DNA from: Halomicronema hongdechloris C2206
GTDB taxonomy: Bacteria > Cyanobacteriota > Cyanobacteriia > Phormidesmidales > Phormidesmidaceae
Direction: 5' to 3'
Length of the DNA: 32,000 nucleotides
NCBI RefSeq assembly: GCF_002075285.3
Contig: NZ_CP021983.2
Location: 2,580,001 to 2,612,000, forward strand
Below are positions 29,086-32,000 of the stretch, piece after piece; the first letter of the stretch is position 1, and the number at the start of each line of letters is the position of its first letter. The position numbers were made by a program, and so were the translations under genes. A model generated the notes under the pieces. The model made no database searches and was not told where the DNA came from. It was given only the letters and a program-made list of their open reading frames with translations.

Positions 29086-29838
29086 ATGAGTAGACGCCAT
29101 CCCCATCCTGGCGGCCCCGGGGCTCACCGAGCGCCGTCCACCCATCTCGATCTATCGGCGGGCAATCGAGATCCCGCCGCGGTTCCGATTCCGAATCCGG
29201 CAGCCATTGCTGCCCAGCGGCGCTTTCCCCGGCGGGCGCCACAGTTGCAACCGGGGTTTAAAGCCCTGATTGGCCTCACCCTATTGATGGCCCTGCTGTT
29301 GTTGCCCTTTGCCTTCAGTGCCGAGTATTTGGCCCTGCTGCGGCAAAATTCCGTGGACTTGCATCGCTTCTTGCGGGGAGAGGCCTACAAGCAGGCCACT
29401 GGCTACGGCGCCCTCAGCCTGGTGATACTGGAGCTACTGCTGACGGTGCGCAAGCGTAGCCGCAGTTGGATTGGCCGGATTAAATTGCCAGGATCGATGC
29501 AGGTCTGGCGCAGTGTCCATATCTTTCTGGGGGTGGCCCTGGTGGGGATGGTGCTAATCCACACCATTGGCGCCACCGGAATGAATTTTAATGCCGTTTT
29601 CCTCTGGGTGTTTTTTGCCTCGGTGCTGACGGCCCTGGTGGGGGTGGTGGCAGAAACCGGCATCCTGGAGTCGACCCGCCGTTATTTTGGTCGCTTGCCA
29701 GGCAGCAATACCGTGCTCACGAAGGGTCCCCTAGTGCGAGGCTTACGGGCACTTTGGTTAACCAGCCATATCTTCTTTGTCTGTGTCTTCGGGGTGATGC
29801 TGGTGTGCCACATCATCCTGGCCTACTACTACCAGTGA
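29086..29838 (+). CDS. Polytopic membrane protein with two HX13H helices (putative di-haem cytochrome b-like electron conduit)
   Basis: About 5 predicted TM helices. SVHIFLGVALVGMVLIHT and TSHIFFVCVFGVMLVCHI each place two His 14 residues apart within a TM helix. The Pro/Arg-rich N-terminal 55 aa makes the start uncertain. Confidence 0.6.
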   Translation: MSRRHPHPGGPGAHRAPSTHLDLSAGNRDPAAVPIPNPAAIAAQRRFPRRAPQLQPGFKALIGLTLLMALLLLPFAFSAEYLALLRQNSVDLHRFLRGEAYKQATGYGALSLVILELLLTVRKRSRSWIGRIKLPGSMQVWRSVHIFLGVALVGMVLIHTIGATGMNFNAVFLWVFFASVLTALVGVVAETGILESTRRYFGRLPGSNTVLTKGPLVRGLRALWLTSHIFFVCVFGVMLVCHIILAYYYQ

Positions 29839-29868
29839 TGATGACGCTACAGCCATGAGGTGACCCCA

Positions 29869-30348
29869 ATGACGGTCAATCCGCTACTCGATGCCCTCAA
29901 GCGACGATTCTCTCCCCTGATTCCCTTGGTGATCATCGGGGTGTTTGCGATCGCAACCCTCTGGCTCACCCGGCCAGCAGGATCTGCCCCAGGCCCCTCG
30001 CTAGTCTCGGGGCTGATGACCCTGAAGGCGACGGCCCAAGCGGCCACGCCCTACGACGCGGCCATGGCCAATGGCAAGCCCACCCTGCTGGAGTTCTATG
30101 CCGACTGGTGCACCACCTGTCAGGCCATGGCCCCCACCCTGCAGGCCCTCCATCACCAGTTTGGCCACCAGGTGAACCTAGTCATGCTGAATATAGACGA
30201 TCCCCAATGGCAGCAGCCCCTCGAGCGGTTTCAAGTTAAGGGGGTCCCCCACCTGGTGTTGCTGCAGGCCGACGGCACCGTTGCCGATAGCGTCACGGGC
30301 AAAGTTCCCCGGTCCATCCTGAGCCATCGCCTGGGTGATCTCCTCTGA
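29869..30348 (+). CDS. Membrane-anchored thioredoxin-like protein (TxlA/ResA/CcsX-like)
   Basis: N-terminal TM helix followed by EFYADWCTTCQAMAP (WCxxC active site). I chose the ATG at 29869, which has GAGG 8 nt upstream, over the GTG at 29860. Confidence 0.85.
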   Translation: MTVNPLLDALKRRFSPLIPLVIIGVFAIATLWLTRPAGSAPGPSLVSGLMTLKATAQAATPYDAAMANGKPTLLEFYADWCTTCQAMAPTLQALHHQFGHQVNLVMLNIDDPQWQQPLERFQVKGVPHLVLLQADGTVADSVTGKVPRSILSHRLGDLL

Positions 30349-30491
30349 GACCATCTGCCATGGCTATGCTGCAGCGGCTGCTCCAGTTCTTAGACTTCCA
30401 GCCACCGAATTTGTGCCGATTGTTTGCTGCCTCCGAGCAACCGGGTCGGGGTGGCATTAACCTGATGCGATCGCAAGCCCCAAGCGTTGCC

Positions 30492-31202
30492 CTAAGACCG
30501 CAAAGACCTATCTTTCTGGCTATGAGGTTCTCGGTACATCCCATAGGCCGCAAAAATCCCCAACAAAAAGCCAAACAAATGCCCCCACCAAGCCACCATG
30601 GGCTGGGTGGGGAATACACCCCAGATGAAGGCGCTGTAGTTGATTAACACGAATACCGAGATCACCAGGGGAACAAACCGCTTCTCCAGCCAGCCGATCA
30701 CCAGCAAGTAGCCGAACAGGGTATACACCACCCCACTCAGCCCATGGGCCGGCTGCGGCGCCAATAGCCAACTTGCCAGCCCTCCTCCCAGCCAGCCGAT
30801 CAGCACTGTGGTCCAGTAATCCCGCTTACTCTTGGCCAGAATCAGCCAACTAAAAATGGCAAAGGCAATGCTATTCCCGAGCAGATGGGCAAAGTTAGCA
30901 TGGGAAAAGGCCGAGAGAAAAATACCAGGGATGCCATCGGGTGAGCGGGGGTAGACCGGAAAATTCCATTGACCCCGAAACAGCACCTGGTCGATGATTT
31001 CCTGGGCCCAAGGCAGCGCCAGAATCGCCAAGGGAAGGCAAGCTGTATAGCGCAGACGCTGCAGCCACCCCTGCTTCGTCGACGATTTCGTCGACATGGA
31101 CTGCCGGGAAGACGCAGTGGCCGGCGGCGATCCATGACCAAGCTCGACCTCGTCGGATAATCGTTGCAACCGAGCCTTTAGTTCTTCATCGTCCAACGCC
31201 AT
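30492..31202 (-). CDS. Rhomboid family intramembrane serine protease
   Basis: HxxxN (FSHANFAHLLGNS), GxSG (HGLSGVVY) and catalytic His helix (WGHLFGFLLG), within about 6 TM helices. Confidence 0.9.
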   Translation of the reverse strand: MALDDEELKARLQRLSDEVELGHGSPPATASSRQSMSTKSSTKQGWLQRLRYTACLPLAILALPWAQEIIDQVLFRGQWNFPVYPRSPDGIPGIFLSAFSHANFAHLLGNSIAFAIFSWLILAKSKRDYWTTVLIGWLGGGLASWLLAPQPAHGLSGVVYTLFGYLLVIGWLEKRFVPLVISVFVLINYSAFIWGVFPTQPMVAWWGHLFGFLLGIFAAYGMYREPHSQKDRSLRS

Positions 31203-31540
31203 GGCTGCTCCTCCCAGACCTTGCCTCGATCATAGAGGATGTTGCCGAGGGCTTAAATATCCAAGGCCTGGCGCAACCGTGCCTGGTCTCGGCGTTAACG
31301 GTAAATCGTCCCGGCTCAATATCACGCCCCCAACTCTGGCTCTTCCCCAGCCGATCTGCCAGGGGGCGCTGGCTGACGGAAGGTGTTATGGGTTTGGCCA
31401 ACGGCTTTGGGAGTATTCATCGACATGAGATAGAACGGATTTCATCTCTTGAGGCCAGTATAGGACTGTCCCATGAGACTGTCCTGTCTGGACGCCTAAG
31501 GCCGAGTAGAAAGATAATGACGGCAGCTTGGGAGCGAGTC

Positions 31541-31873
31541 ATGGGCTTTCCCGTCCCTGGTGATGCCGTCGAACAAACCCTGGATCTGAATCGTCATCTG
31601 GCTCGGAACCCAGCGGCCACCTTTTTTATGACTGTCGATGGCAAGATTCAGACGGACGGCGAGGTGCAGCTGGGAGATGTGCTCGTGGTCGATCGCTCTC
31701 ACCACCCCAAGGATGGCAGTTTGGTGGTGGCGGTCATGGCCGGGGAATTCCATGTGTTGAGGATCCAGCACCACCGGGACACCTTTATCCCAGCCCAGAT
31801 GACCTGGGACCCTGACAGCTCTATCTCCCTGCAGATCTGGGGCGTCGTTACCGCGATTATCCGCAGGGTCTAG
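31541..31873 (+). CDS. umuD: UmuD-like S24-fold protein corresponding to the UmuD' core, with catalytic Ser/Lys not conserved
   Basis: [19 protein letters not shown]…ATFFMTV…LGDVLVVD…GEFHVLRI aligns by eye to E. coli UmuD from Gly25 onward. GGGAG sits 6 nt upstream of the ATG at 31541. An alternative ATG at 31388 would add 51 aa. umuC follows 2 nt after the stop. Confidence 0.7.
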   Translation: MGFPVPGDAVEQTLDLNRHLARNPAATFFMTVDGKIQTDGEVQLGDVLVVDRSHHPKDGSLVVAVMAGEFHVLRIQHHRDTFIPAQMTWDPDSSISLQIWGVVTAIIRRV

Positions 31874-31875
31874 CC

Positions 31876-32000
31876 ATGTTTGTCCTGGTTGACTGCAACA
31901 GCTTCTTTGCCTCCTGTGAGAAGGTCTTCCGCCCAGACTTGGAAGGCAAGCCAGTGGTGGTGCTCTCCAATAACGACGGCTGTACGTGGCCCGCTCCCCT
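31876..32000 (+). CDS. umuC: Y-family DNA polymerase UmuC (N-terminal part, truncated by the window end)
   Basis: [36 protein letters not shown] matches the conserved UmuC/DinB N-terminus. Confidence 0.85.
   Translation, partial: MFVLVDCNSFFASCEKVFRPDLEGKPVVVLSNNDGCTWPAP

Noticed and set aside
30360-30647. 95-aa plus-strand ORF between txlA and the rhomboid gene
   Set aside because: Its 3' half is antisense to the well-supported rhomboid CDS. It has no motifs and no RBS.

Overview
GC-rich cyanobacterial chromosome segment. The taxon call rests on at least 19 perfect HIP1 octamers (GCGATCGC), an RRM-type rbp gene, a monocistronic groEL behind a CIRCE operator, ccsB/ccsA, a txlA-like thioredoxin and heptamer tandem arrays. 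Most of the window is housekeeping: a family-5 ABC binding protein and permease, yjbQ-era, two glycosyltransferases, ftsH, gltX, a SAM methyltransferase, groEL, mtnA, dxs, rbp, a rhomboid protease and umuD-like/umuC. The stand-out region is 21968-30348. On the plus strand, six co-oriented genes encode a C-terminally membrane-anchored VHb/Hmp-type globin, a membrane-anchored pentahaem cytochrome c (4 CXXCH + 1 CX4CH), a secreted hexahaem cytochrome c, a Tll0287/DUF3365-like haem-c lipoprotein, a polytopic membrane protein with two HX13H helices (di-haem-b-like) and a membrane-anchored WCxxC thioredoxin. They face a divergent ccsB, long ccsA and Tat-lipoprotein Rieske operon across a 517-bp repeat-dense control region. 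I could not assign this module to any characterised respiratory or detoxification system. It looks like a self-contained trans-membrane haem wire with its own maturation machinery, and HIP1 sites inside it suggest it is native rather than recently acquired. Secondary observations: a UmuD-like protein that matches pre-cleaved UmuD' and lacks the Ser/Lys dyad; a patch of gene fragments at 15380-16056 next to a RecD/Dda-like helicase with two frameshifts (one inside the Walker A motif); complex heptamer arrays and a hairpin-rich intergenic region at 4916-5696. Every apparent frameshift (helicase x2, mtnA compensated pair, hexahaem gene 3' end, umuC) sits at a homopolymer, so sequencing indel error is a serious alternative to pseudogenisation. 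All functional calls come from reading motifs in the supplied translations by eye. No database search was run.
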